A stretch of 64,000 nucleotides of DNA from Candidatus Aminicenantes bacterium (GTDB lineage: Bacteria; Acidobacteriota; Aminicenantia; Aminicenantales; UBA8522), in contig JBBILQ010000007.1 of assembly GCA_037444845.1 (NCBI GenBank), positions 6,067 through 70,066 of the forward strand, written 5' to 3'. Shown here piece by piece: positions 8,493 to 17,899 of this stretch (positions within the stretch are counted from its first letter, which is position 1; each line of letters starts with the position of its first letter). The notes beneath the pieces were generated by a model, which did not search any database, was not told where the DNA came from, and was given only the letters and a program-made list of their open reading frames with translations. The translations under genes were made by a program, and so were the position numbers.

Positions 8493-9557
8493 ATGGCCCG
8501 TCATGTCCACAGACGATCGCGCAAGAGCGGCCTTCCGCCAGGGAGCCTCATCCACATCGGCGAGAAAAAGGCCGAAAGGACTAAGATCATTATCATCGAC
8601 TATGATGAGAAAAATTTCGAGGTAAAAGAGGCCAAGGCCGTTGAGGAGTGTTTCCCGTTCAAAGAAACGGCCACGGTCACCTGGATCAACGTTTACGGCG
8701 TCCATGACGGCGAAATCATCGGCAAGATGGGCGGGCATTTCGGCGTCCATCCTCTCATCCTCGAGGACATCATGAACACGGCCCAAAGACCCAAGCTTGA
8801 GGACATGGGCGATTATCTCTTCATCGTCGTGCGGATGCTCAGCTTTGAGCGGAAAAAGAAAGGCGTCCTGTCAGAGCAGGTGAGCCTGATCGTCGGGCCG
8901 AACTTCATCATTTCCTTCCAGGAGGGCGAGGGTGACGTGTTCGACCCTGTGAGAGAAAGAATAAGGTCGGGGAAAGGCCGGCTGCGGAAGATGGGGCCGG
9001 ACTATCTGGCTTACGCCCTGATCGATGCCATCGTCGATAACTATTTTCTCATCCTGGAAAAGTTCGGCGAACACGTGGAAGCCCTTGAAGAAGAACTCAT
9101 CAGCGACCCGGGCCGCAAGACCATCCAGGCGCTCCACACGCTGAAAAGAGAGATAATCTTTCTGCGCAAGTCGGTCTGGCCGTTGCGAGAAGTCATCAGC
9201 GGCCTGGAGCGCGCCGGCTCGCCCCTCATCAAGGAATCGACCGGCATCTTCCTTCGGGATGTCTACGACCACACCATCCAGGTGATCGATACTGTCGAAA
9301 CCTACAGGGACATGCTCTCCGGGATGCTGGATATCTACCTCTCCAGCGTCAGCAACCGGATGAACGAGATCATGAAGGTCCTGACCATCATCGCCACCAT
9401 TTTCATCCCCTTGACGTTCATCGCCGGCATCTACGGGATGAATTTCGACTTCATGCCGGAGCTGAATTGGCGGTGGGGGTATTTTGCGGTGCTCGCCCTG
9501 ATGGCGGCGGTTGGCGTTTTCATGTTATTTTACTTTTGGCGGAAAAAATGGCTGTAA
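8493..9557 (+). CDS. corA: Magnesium/cobalt transporter CorA
   Basis: GLPPG N-terminus, YGMNF, MPEL and two C-terminal TM helices. Confidence 0.95.
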   Translation: MARHVHRRSRKSGLPPGSLIHIGEKKAERTKIIIIDYDEKNFEVKEAKAVEECFPFKETATVTWINVYGVHDGEIIGKMGGHFGVHPLILEDIMNTAQRPKLEDMGDYLFIVVRMLSFERKKKGVLSEQVSLIVGPNFIISFQEGEGDVFDPVRERIRSGKGRLRKMGPDYLAYALIDAIVDNYFLILEKFGEHVEALEEELISDPGRKTIQALHTLKREIIFLRKSVWPLREVISGLERAGSPLIKESTGIFLRDVYDHTIQVIDTVETYRDMLSGMLDIYLSSVSNRMNEIMKVLTIIATIFIPLTFIAGIYGMNFDFMPELNWRWGYFAVLALMAAVGVFMLFYFWRKKWL

Positions 9558-9570
9558 AGGAGGTTTAGCC

Positions 9571-9771
9571 GTGAAGGCAAAGATTCTTCTCGTGCTCATT
9601 TTGCTCTCCCTCCTGGCGATCATCCTCCTCCAGAACACAGAAGAAGTCGTTTTCCGCATCTTCTTCTGGAGAATAGCCATGTCGCAGGTGATTTTGGTGC
9701 CCTTAGCGGTTGTGATTGGCTTTCTCTTCGGCTACTTCATCGCCAAGGGAGGGATGAAGAAGCTCAACTAA
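9571..9771 (+). CDS. LapA/DUF1049-like small membrane protein
   Basis: GTG start after GGAGG; two TM helices with LQNTEEV..RIFFW. Confidence 0.7.
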   Translation: MKAKILLVLILLSLLAIILLQNTEEVVFRIFFWRIAMSQVILVPLAVVIGFLFGYFIAKGGMKKLN

Positions 9772-9785
9772 GAGGGGAATTTTTC

Positions 9786-10379
9786 ATGAGAGACTTTTTT
9801 AAACACTTGAGAATCCATATCTTCAGAGGCTTCCTGGCCATCATCCCGTTGGGGCTTTCCTACCTCGTCATCCGTTTCCTTTACCTGGCCATCGACGCCC
9901 GCATCACCGGCCTGATAGACAGGTTTTTAGGGTTTAAAATCCCGGGACTCGGGTTCCTGCTGGTCCTCATCTTTCTTTATCTTCTCGGCCTGGCGGCCAG
10001 CAACTGGCTCGGCCGGAGGGCTTTTAGCCTGATTGAGGTTATCTCGACGCGCATCCCTTTAATCAAGACCATTTACACGCTCGGCAAGAAGCTGGCCGAC
10101 GCGATTTCCCTTCCCGAGAAGCAGGCTTTCAAGAGAGCTGTCATGGTGGAGCATTTCCGGCCCGGCCTGTGGTCGATCGGGTTTGTGACCGGAACCGTCA
10201 GTTCCGCTGAAGAGAGAACCGGCAAACTGCTCAAAGTCTTCATCCCCACCGCGCCCAACCCGACCTCGGGGTTCATGGTTATGGTCAAAGAATCACAGGT
10301 GAGGAGCCTGGATTGGACCGTGCCCGAGGCCATGAATACGATTATATCGGGCGGTATCGTTGGCCCGGAAAAAATCTGA
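9786..10379 (+). CDS. DUF502 family membrane protein
   Basis: RIPLIKTIY, IGFVTG, VFIPTAPNPTSGF and IISGG. Confidence 0.88.
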   Translation: MRDFFKHLRIHIFRGFLAIIPLGLSYLVIRFLYLAIDARITGLIDRFLGFKIPGLGFLLVLIFLYLLGLAASNWLGRRAFSLIEVISTRIPLIKTIYTLGKKLADAISLPEKQAFKRAVMVEHFRPGLWSIGFVTGTVSSAEERTGKLLKVFIPTAPNPTSGFMVMVKESQVRSLDWTVPEAMNTIISGGIVGPEKI

Positions 10380-10556
10380 TGGCGGTGGCGCACTCGCCCA
10401 GGGCCAGGCGCATGAACTTTTCGTTCCCGTCGCCGCCTTTTTCGTCTTCGGCCAGGAAAGTGCCTATTTAGCAGGAGAAAACAGATCGCCGCGCTTCACT
10501 CGCGACGACCATACAAGAATATTTGGGCATTTTTTTACAAGCAGATTGTGCACATT

Positions 10557-11723
10557 CTATGAGCTTTTTTTCCAGATGATTCGGTAGCGCTTGAGGAGGC
10601 GGAGGCCGGTCTCCTCGTCATCGGCCATGCGGTACATCTTGCCGGCGGCGAAGAGAGAAGGCCCCATATCCAGCCAGACTTTAGCTTCGTAGAATCCCTC
10701 GGGGTTGAAGATATCATAGGCCGTAAGGGTTTTCTCGCCTTCCTTTTTTCCCTCGTTCGTGTGCACCCAGAGATTTCCGTCGCTGTCGACAAGCATGCGT
10801 TCTGTTATAGTTTTGACCTCGGGAAATTCCATCTGCTCGCGGAGCTTGGCGACCAGACTGCCAGGCCTCACAGATGAGCTGGATTTGAACTTCTGGATAT
10901 CTTCGTCCGTTACGGCCATAGGCTTATAGGGTTTGTCGATTTTCCGGAAAAGCTTGCTCCATCCATCGAAGACTTCGATGACATATTTATCGTTCAGGCA
11001 ATGATAAAGCCATTGCCTTTTCTGGTCGCCCGTGAACACCGAGGCAGTGCCCCAGGGGACAGGCATGCCTACAGTTATTTCTCCCAGGCGGAGCTCCTTG
11101 AATTCCGGCAAAGTGAACCTCCCGAACGAGAACAACTCTTCGCCCGAGAAATCAAGCGCTTTCACCCAGAGTTCCCTCGACTCGCCGCTGTAGACTATTT
11201 CATTGACGATGAAAGAAGAAGCGGTAACCAGATAAACAGGGCCGTATAATTTTTTCCACGGGAAGCTCGACAGGAATTGCCCGTCCGGGCTGAAAAACGA
11301 GGTTCGCCGCTGCTGATCATCGGGCACTAAGAGCCGTCCGTCTGGAAGAAAAATCATGCTGCCGATGCTTTCAAACTCCCCAGGGCCATTTCCCTTCCTC
11401 CCGATTGTCTTCAAGTATTTCCCCTGCGGGTTAAAAACCTTAATTGACATGTCCGAGTTATCAGAGATATAGGCGTTGCCGGTCGCATCGATCGCAAACC
11501 AGGTGGGCCTGAAAAGACGGATTTCGCCCGTTTCATCCTTTTCCCGGAAAGTAAGTTCTTCTTCGAAAGCCACCGTTTTATCGGGATGAAGCGGGGTCGC
11601 CGGGTTGTGGATGTAAGTCACGCCGTCAAGCGTCTCGACCCTCGGCTTTTCGGCTGCTTTTTTCTTGCAGCCGGCGAACACAAAAAGAAAACAAAAACCG
11701 ATAAGGGCAAATTTTTTGCTCAC
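10557..11723 (-). CDS. 6-bladed beta-propeller (NHL-like) lipoprotein
   Basis: GTG start after GGAGG; lipobox FAG-C; IGRKGNGPGEF NHL motif. Confidence 0.8.
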   Translation of the reverse strand: MSKKFALIGFCFLFVFAGCKKKAAEKPRVETLDGVTYIHNPATPLHPDKTVAFEEELTFREKDETGEIRLFRPTWFAIDATGNAYISDNSDMSIKVFNPQGKYLKTIGRKGNGPGEFESIGSMIFLPDGRLLVPDDQQRRTSFFSPDGQFLSSFPWKKLYGPVYLVTASSFIVNEIVYSGESRELWVKALDFSGEELFSFGRFTLPEFKELRLGEITVGMPVPWGTASVFTGDQKRQWLYHCLNDKYVIEVFDGWSKLFRKIDKPYKPMAVTDEDIQKFKSSSSVRPGSLVAKLREQMEFPEVKTITERMLVDSDGNLWVHTNEGKKEGEKTLTAYDIFNPEGFYEAKVWLDMGPSLFAAGKMYRMADDEETGLRLLKRYRIIWKKSS

Positions 11724-11992
11724 TATATCCTCCCTTGCAGCTTTTCCCCTGATTTCCTGGTTTTTATTATAGCACAAAACTCTTAGCCGATGTTGAGTTT
11801 GAAGTAAATTCAAGGAAACGAAGACTCCGATTAAATATCTTTGGGAACCTTTCGGTAAGATTTTGCGTAGATAATATGTGAGTTAATTGATGGAGCGTAG
11901 ATAAATGGTTTTGAGCCCTAAAAAAATATAAGAATTACGAATCTCGCCTAATTAAGAAAATTAAGGTTCAAGATGGAACGGAGGTTAAAGGG

Positions 11993-14716
11993 ATGAGGTT
12001 TATTAACTTTTCACTGCGGTTATCGAGTTTCTCTTTTCGTGCTCACCTGCCCCTTTCTATAATCTATTCAACCTGCCTGGCGTTAGCCCTAAGTTCTCCA
12101 GGACTTTCATCCTTGCCCATTTCCAAATCATCCACTGAGTTTAAAGAAAAGGCGGTTAAGCCTGTCCGAATAGAAGAGCCAATAATTATCGACGGCCAGC
12201 TTAATGAAAGGGCATGGCAGGGTGAGCCAGCCAAGGGGTTTATCCAATCCGACCCCCAAGATGGAGCGCCAGCCTCAGAGAAAAGCGAGATCTGGGTGGC
12301 TTACGATGAACGGGCTATTTATTTCGCCGCCTTTTGCTATGATTCAAACCCTAAAGGAATTTCCCGGCTTCTTGGTCGACGCGACACCAAGCTTGATTCT
12401 GACTGGTTCTTTGTCTATATCGACCCTTATTTTGACCGTCAGAGTGGATATTTCTTCGGCGTCAACCCCACGGGCTCAATTCAAGACGGCATCCTCTATA
12501 ATGACGTCAATTCTGATAGCACCTGGGATGGGGTTTGGGAAGTAAAAGTAAGCTCCAATGAAGAGGGGTGGTGCGCCGAAATTAAGATTCCCTTTAATCA
12601 AATACGTTTCCCTAAAAAGGGAAGTTATGTCTGGGGCGTTAATTTCCGCCGCATCATTAAACGGAAAAATGAAATAGTTACTTTCTCCTGGGCCCCAAAA
12701 AACGTAAACGCCTTTGTCTCGCGTTTTGCTCGATTGGAAGGCCTGGCCGGGATATCTCCAGGCCGCCACATCGAGCTCTTCCCTTATGCGGTAGGCCAAT
12801 CTCAGTTTCAACCGGCTGAGCCAGGTAATCCCTTTGAGACTGGGTCAAAATACAAGGGAAACGGGGGTTTGGACTTTAAAATTGGGTTGAAAAGCAACTT
12901 GACTCTCGATGTTACCCTTAACCCAGATTTTGGTCAGGTCGAGGTTGACCCGGCGGTCATCAACCTTTCCGCCTATGAGACCTATTACCAGGAGAAAAGA
13001 CCCTTTTTTATTGAAGGAGCCTCCATCTTCAACAATTTCGGACGAGGAGGCATTTATATAGACGCTAATATTAACTGGCCAAATCCAAGATTTTTTTATA
13101 GCCGAAGAATAGGGAGAGCGCCTCAGGGCTCTCCTTTTCACGATGGTTATGCCAGCGTTCCAGACCGGACCACTATTCTGGGTGCTTTCAAATTGACAGG
13201 AAAAACTAACGGCTGGAATGTTGGCTTCATTAACGCCTTTACTGCCCGAGAATACGCTGACGTTGATTCATCGGGAGAAAGATTCAGGGATGAAGTGGAA
13301 CCCTTTTCTTATTACGGCATCTTTCGCTCTCTTTGGGATATCTCCCAAGGCCAGCGGGGCTTTGGTCTTATGGCTACCGCTGTTATCCGCGACCTGAATG
13401 ACGAAAACCTAAGTTCTATCCTCAACCGAAGGGCATTCAGCTTGGCGGCCGATGGCTGGAGTTTTCTGGATGAAAAGCGCCATTGGGTAGTGGGAGGCTG
13501 GCTGGGAGGCACTAAAGTTGAGGGAGACCCGGCTGATATCCTCAGACTGCAGCGTTCTTCCATGCATTATTTCCAAAGACCTGACGCCACTCATGTTCAT
13601 CTCAACCCACAAGCCACTTCTCTTTCTGGCTGGGGAGGTCGCTTCAATTTAGTCAAACAATCTGGCAATTTTCTCTGCTTCATTTCTGCAGGAGCCCTTT
13701 CCCCTGGTTTCAACCCCAATGATGTCGGGTATCAATCATCTGGCTCTGATGTGATTAATATAATGGCCATACCGGGATATATGTGGACCAAACCCAATCA
13801 AATTTTTCAGCAGTTTCTTATAGGCGGAGGATGGTTTAGAAACTACAATTTCGGAGGAGAGAAAACAGGTGACGGATTTTTTAGCCTTATTCAGGGAGTT
13901 TTTCGAAATTTCTGGCAGTTCAATCTCCAGATGGCCCTATTTCCATCCTTTCTTAGTCATACGCTGACTCGGGGAGGGCCGATGGCTCTCATCCCCTGGG
14001 GTTATAATCTCAGTTTATTCCTCGAATCTAACAGCCGCTTGCCCTTGGTCTTTTACCTTGAATCATATATCAGCCATCTTCCCAAGGATGGCCTCGACTG
14101 GATGGTCCAACCGGGGCTTCGCTGGAAACCGCGCTCCAATCTTAGCCTCTCCTTTGGCCCGATGCTATACCGGGAATCCACTAATATCCAGTGGGTCACA
14201 AGAGTTTCTGACCCTTTCATGGCCTCTACCTATGGCAAGCGCTATGTTTTTGCCCATCTGGATAGAAAAACTCTGGCGGCCGAAATAAGGCTTGATCTAA
14301 CCTTCTCCCCCCGCCTCACCCTGCAGGCCTATCTGCAACCTTTTTTGGCCGTCGGTGATTATTCGGCCTTCAGAGAATTAGCCCGGCCGCGAAGCTATGA
14401 ATATAACATATTCGGCCAAAATAGCTCGACTATCAAATTCGAGAATGAGAAATACATAGTTGACCCAGACGGCCAGGGGCCAGCCCAGCCTTTTAGTTTT
14501 AGCAACCCTGATTTCAATTTTAAATCGCTGCGGGGAACAGTAGTTCTGCGCTGGGAATATTTGCCCGGCTCCCTGCTATACTTCGTCTGGACCCAGAATC
14601 GTTATGATACGTCTCATCCAGGCGAATTGAGGTTAGGGCGCGACTTGGGCGACTTGATTACTGCGCCGGGCGATAACATTTTTCTCATCAAGATAAGCTA
14701 TCGCTGGTCTTTATGA
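11993..14716 (+). CDS. CBM9/DUF5916 outer-membrane beta-barrel protein
   Basis: IIIDGQLNE.AW (CBM9-like), TLNPDFGQVEVD, EKRPFFIEG, FYSRRIG and C-terminal FLIKISYRW. Confidence 0.85.
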   Translation: MRFINFSLRLSSFSFRAHLPLSIIYSTCLALALSSPGLSSLPISKSSTEFKEKAVKPVRIEEPIIIDGQLNERAWQGEPAKGFIQSDPQDGAPASEKSEIWVAYDERAIYFAAFCYDSNPKGISRLLGRRDTKLDSDWFFVYIDPYFDRQSGYFFGVNPTGSIQDGILYNDVNSDSTWDGVWEVKVSSNEEGWCAEIKIPFNQIRFPKKGSYVWGVNFRRIIKRKNEIVTFSWAPKNVNAFVSRFARLEGLAGISPGRHIELFPYAVGQSQFQPAEPGNPFETGSKYKGNGGLDFKIGLKSNLTLDVTLNPDFGQVEVDPAVINLSAYETYYQEKRPFFIEGASIFNNFGRGGIYIDANINWPNPRFFYSRRIGRAPQGSPFHDGYASVPDRTTILGAFKLTGKTNGWNVGFINAFTAREYADVDSSGERFRDEVEPFSYYGIFRSLWDISQGQRGFGLMATAVIRDLNDENLSSILNRRAFSLAADGWSFLDEKRHWVVGGWLGGTKVEGDPADILRLQRSSMHYFQRPDATHVHLNPQATSLSGWGGRFNLVKQSGNFLCFISAGALSPGFNPNDVGYQSSGSDVINIMAIPGYMWTKPNQIFQQFLIGGGWFRNYNFGGEKTGDGFFSLIQGVFRNFWQFNLQMALFPSFLSHTLTRGGPMALIPWGYNLSLFLESNSRLPLVFYLESYISHLPKDGLDWMVQPGLRWKPRSNLSLSFGPMLYRESTNIQWVTRVSDPFMASTYGKRYVFAHLDRKTLAAEIRLDLTFSPRLTLQAYLQPFLAVGDYSAFRELARPRSYEYNIFGQNSSTIKFENEKYIVDPDGQGPAQPFSFSNPDFNFKSLRGTVVLRWEYLPGSLLYFVWTQNRYDTSHPGELRLGRDLGDLITAPGDNIFLIKISYRWSL

Positions 14717-14873
14717 TTTTAAGCCAAATTTTATCCAGGGAAAAAATCAGTCGAGAATGATCGCCGCGCTTGGCCCAAGTCATTAACGAGGCATCCTGGC
14801 AAGATATACCGGGATCCGAATTTCGAGACCCCTTCGCTGAAGCTTTTGACGAAAGACCGGCCTGAAGCGGTGA

Positions 14874-15599
14874 TCAGGGACGGCCGACGCTCGTCAGGTA
14901 GATGATACTCTCTTCCTCCCCATCGACACCGATCAGGGCGTTCACCTCATCGTCATAGAGTGCCGCCACCTGACAGGAGCCGAGCCCGAGAGCCACCGCC
15001 GCCAGGGCCACATTCTGAGCGATATGGCCGGCGTCAAGATAAACATAGCGATAAGCCCTTTCTCTGTATTTCCATTTGGACCGGCCGAACACAGCCGTCC
15101 AGGCGAAGACGACGGCCGCCTCAGCCAGAAACTCCTGGTCCAGGGCTGCTTCTGCGAGGGCAGAACGGAAATCACCCTGACGAATGAGCTCAAGCGCGTG
15201 TTCCTTGACGCCGTAATGATAGATTCCTCTCTCTAAACCTTCGACATTCTGGATGAAAAAATACGTTTCCACCGGGTAGAGCGCTCCGGCTGACGGCGCG
15301 GCTCGAAGCTCATAGCCCGAAATTTTTTTTGTCACGCCCTGCCCGGCCCAGATAAGCTGGGAGAGTTCGGCCCTGGTCAGGGGAATGTTTTTGTATTCCC
15401 TGACGCTGCGGCGCCTGCCGACCGCTTCCCAGAGGGGAATGCCTCCTTCTCGCTCAGGCGGGTCTAACTTGAAGCGTGGCGCATCAGGATATCTCTTGGC
15501 GGGTTCAGGCCTTGCCCGCCAGTCCAGGTATCCGCCCTCCAGTCTTCCCCTGCCGTACTTTGTCTCCTCCTGAAACCGGTCGCCTATTCCCTGCTTCAT
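14874..15599 (-). CDS. SagB/ThcOx-family nitroreductase-like dehydrogenase
   Basis: RRSVREY, RAAPSAGALYP, KYRERAYRY and DAGHIAQN. Confidence 0.88.
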   Translation of the reverse strand: MKQGIGDRFQEETKYGRGRLEGGYLDWRARPEPAKRYPDAPRFKLDPPEREGGIPLWEAVGRRRSVREYKNIPLTRAELSQLIWAGQGVTKKISGYELRAAPSAGALYPVETYFFIQNVEGLERGIYHYGVKEHALELIRQGDFRSALAEAALDQEFLAEAAVVFAWTAVFGRSKWKYRERAYRYVYLDAGHIAQNVALAAVALGLGSCQVAALYDDEVNALIGVDGEEESIIYLTSVGRP

Positions 15600-15610
15600 T
15601 TTGTCCCCCT

Positions 15611-17737
15611 TTATTTTTCCAGGGCTTTGAGCTTCAGCCTGACGTTTTCATTCTTGGGGTCGATCTGGAGCGCCTTCCTCAGGTAGTCGGTAGCTCTGTC
15701 CTTCTGTCCAAGAATGACACAGAGGTCGCTGAGCTCGACGTAGAGGCGTGTCTCTTTTGGGTAAAATTTAAGGGCAATCCCTCCGAGTTCGAGGGCCTCC
15801 TTGGGCTTTTCCTCCCGCGCCAGCAACCTTCCCGAAGCGATATACCGTTCAACGCTTACTGCCGGGTGAGTGGAGTCGAATTCGTGAGCCTTTTTGTAGA
15901 ACGGGCGAGCTGTTTCCACGTCGCCCTTCCACAGATGAGCCAGGCCGAGCGATACGTTGAGCAAAGGAGAAGCCGGGTAGAGAGGCTGTCCGGACATCAG
16001 GATCGCCGCGGCCTTCTCAGGATTATTCTTCCTCAAGTAGTGCTCGGCCGCGCTGGATAAGGCGGCCGTGAAATCAGGGTAGAGGGCGGCGCCGTTAAAA
16101 TCCTGCTTGAGCCTGGCCATGATCCTGACGAAGTCAGAGCCGGGAGTTAGTGACAATTGCCTGATTTCGTCGGTGTAATTCCTTGTCCAATCCTTTTCCC
16201 AATCGGCCATGAGGCTCGTGAATTCAGGCTTGAAGCGAGGATGTCTTTTGGGTGCGCCATCAGAAGTTGTGAGCTTGATGTAGTCACTGAAGAAAGCCAC
16301 CGGACCTTGCCTGAGGTAGGTCAGGAGCTGATCTTTCCCCCACTCCTCCTTTAAAGCCATGGCCATGTAGCTTCCGATTTTGGTGAAGGCCTGGTTGGAA
16401 GCGGGATGAACGCCGGCAAGAATCTTTTCCTTCCTCGCCTCGAAATCCTTGCGGAGCGCCTTCTCGCTGACGTTTTCGTTGAAATAATCAAAAGCTTGCC
16501 GGATCTCATTTTGATTCTGCGAGAGAGGAAGCCTGTTCCACTGGTATTGGCTCATCCCGTGAGTGAAGGCGAGGTTGACGGCCGAATAAATAGATTGCAG
16601 AACCTTATCGGAAGCATACGCAGAGCCATCGATGTCGTCATCAAGGACGAGCTCTGTAAGCCGCCTGACGTAGGCGATGAGGTTCGATGCCTCGAGGTTC
16701 GAGGCGATGGCCACAGCAAACCTGTCGGCGGGAAAAATGAGAAGATGAGTTCGCGTCTCCTGCTGCGAGCCTCCGTGGCCCGCGGCAAAATAACCGTCCC
16801 ACGGCTCCACATCCCAGCCCATGCCATACCACGTGAAAAGACCGTTGCGCAGGGCCATCGACGAGAACATTTTTTTCCGGGCCGGCTCGCTGAGGAGCTC
16901 ACCGTTGATGATGCCGCGGGCATACTTGAGAAGGTCAACGACAGACGAGCGGAGGCCGCCGCTGGCGAACCGGCTCGAGACATCGACAAACTCGGAATTC
17001 TTGAGCCCGCCTTTGACAACCTGGTATCCGCGGACCCGGTCCGGGATAAGGTCGCGCGGATTATCCAGCCGGGAGCTCGCCATCCCGAGGGGCTCGAAGA
17101 TGCGTTTTGTGATGTATTCTCCGTAGGGAATGGCGCTTGCTCCCTCGACGGCAGCCCCTAACAGGTTAAAACCGTAGCTTGAGTAATTGTACCGCGTGCT
17201 CGGCTCTGCGACGAGGTCAAAGTTCTGAAAGATGGCCAGCGCCTCCCGCGTGTTTTTCGGCTCCTTGATGCGGCCCTCTATAGCGTAATCTCTGTAGTGA
17301 CTGATGCCGCCGATGTGTCCTAAGAGCTGGCGGACGGTCACCGGCCATTTTTTCCGCGGAAAATAGGGGACATAGGCCTGGATTTCAGCGTCGAGGTCGA
17401 TTTTTCCTTCCTCGGCGAGCTGAAGCACAGCGATGGCCGTGATTGTCTTGGTGATTGAGGCCAACCGGTAGGAGCTTTCTGCCTTGGCCGGGACTTTGTT
17501 CTCGAGGTCAGCGTAGCCGAAGCCCCTCGTCCAGGTGAAATCGTCCTTGATGAAGCCGACGGAGAGGCCGGGCATCCGGTCGAAAAACATCTGCTCGGAG
17601 ACAAATGCCTCAAAGGCTTTAATGGCCGCAGCAAACCTGGCAAGCCTGTCCTCTTGGGCCGCTGCCTGGAACAGGGCAACCCGGGTTGTGGCAAAAAGGA
17701 AAAAAAGAACGAAGCCGCGTCTGGCCAGACGGTTCAT
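15611..17737 (-). CDS. Serine hydrolase (beta-lactamase class C-like) with C-terminal TPRs
   Basis: SITK (SxxK), YSSYG, HGGS, signal peptide and TPR tail. Confidence 0.85.
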   Translation of the reverse strand: MNRLARRGFVLFFLFATTRVALFQAAAQEDRLARFAAAIKAFEAFVSEQMFFDRMPGLSVGFIKDDFTWTRGFGYADLENKVPAKAESSYRLASITKTITAIAVLQLAEEGKIDLDAEIQAYVPYFPRKKWPVTVRQLLGHIGGISHYRDYAIEGRIKEPKNTREALAIFQNFDLVAEPSTRYNYSSYGFNLLGAAVEGASAIPYGEYITKRIFEPLGMASSRLDNPRDLIPDRVRGYQVVKGGLKNSEFVDVSSRFASGGLRSSVVDLLKYARGIINGELLSEPARKKMFSSMALRNGLFTWYGMGWDVEPWDGYFAAGHGGSQQETRTHLLIFPADRFAVAIASNLEASNLIAYVRRLTELVLDDDIDGSAYASDKVLQSIYSAVNLAFTHGMSQYQWNRLPLSQNQNEIRQAFDYFNENVSEKALRKDFEARKEKILAGVHPASNQAFTKIGSYMAMALKEEWGKDQLLTYLRQGPVAFFSDYIKLTTSDGAPKRHPRFKPEFTSLMADWEKDWTRNYTDEIRQLSLTPGSDFVRIMARLKQDFNGAALYPDFTAALSSAAEHYLRKNNPEKAAAILMSGQPLYPASPLLNVSLGLAHLWKGDVETARPFYKKAHEFDSTHPAVSVERYIASGRLLAREEKPKEALELGGIALKFYPKETRLYVELSDLCVILGQKDRATDYLRKALQIDPKNENVRLKLKALEK

Positions 17738-17899
17738 TTTCCCTCCATTGTCGTACTCAATAATTTATATCACAGGACAAATTTTTGGGTCAAACTGGCT
17801 TGTTCCGATGAACGCTTGTTGACTCGTGTTTGATCGTGGGATTAAACTTAAATGAGAGCAAATGCAGGAAAAACATCAGATTGACACGGGTTCTGCATA

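Noticed and set aside
6282-8786. 834-aa minus-strand ORF, and similar long antisense ORFs (20334-21746, 27465-28430, 41068-42243, 62103-63071)
   Set aside because: Shadow frames opposite well-conserved genes (recA, SOD, uvrA and others) in GC-rich DNA; no motifs.
14874-15599. SagB-like gene as a sign of a RiPP (azole) cluster
   Set aside because: No YcaO, precursor peptide or transporter nearby; stand-alone members are common.
15611-17737. Antibiotic-resistance beta-lactamase
   Set aside because: Long TPR-fused serine hydrolase; the SxxK fold alone does not imply resistance.
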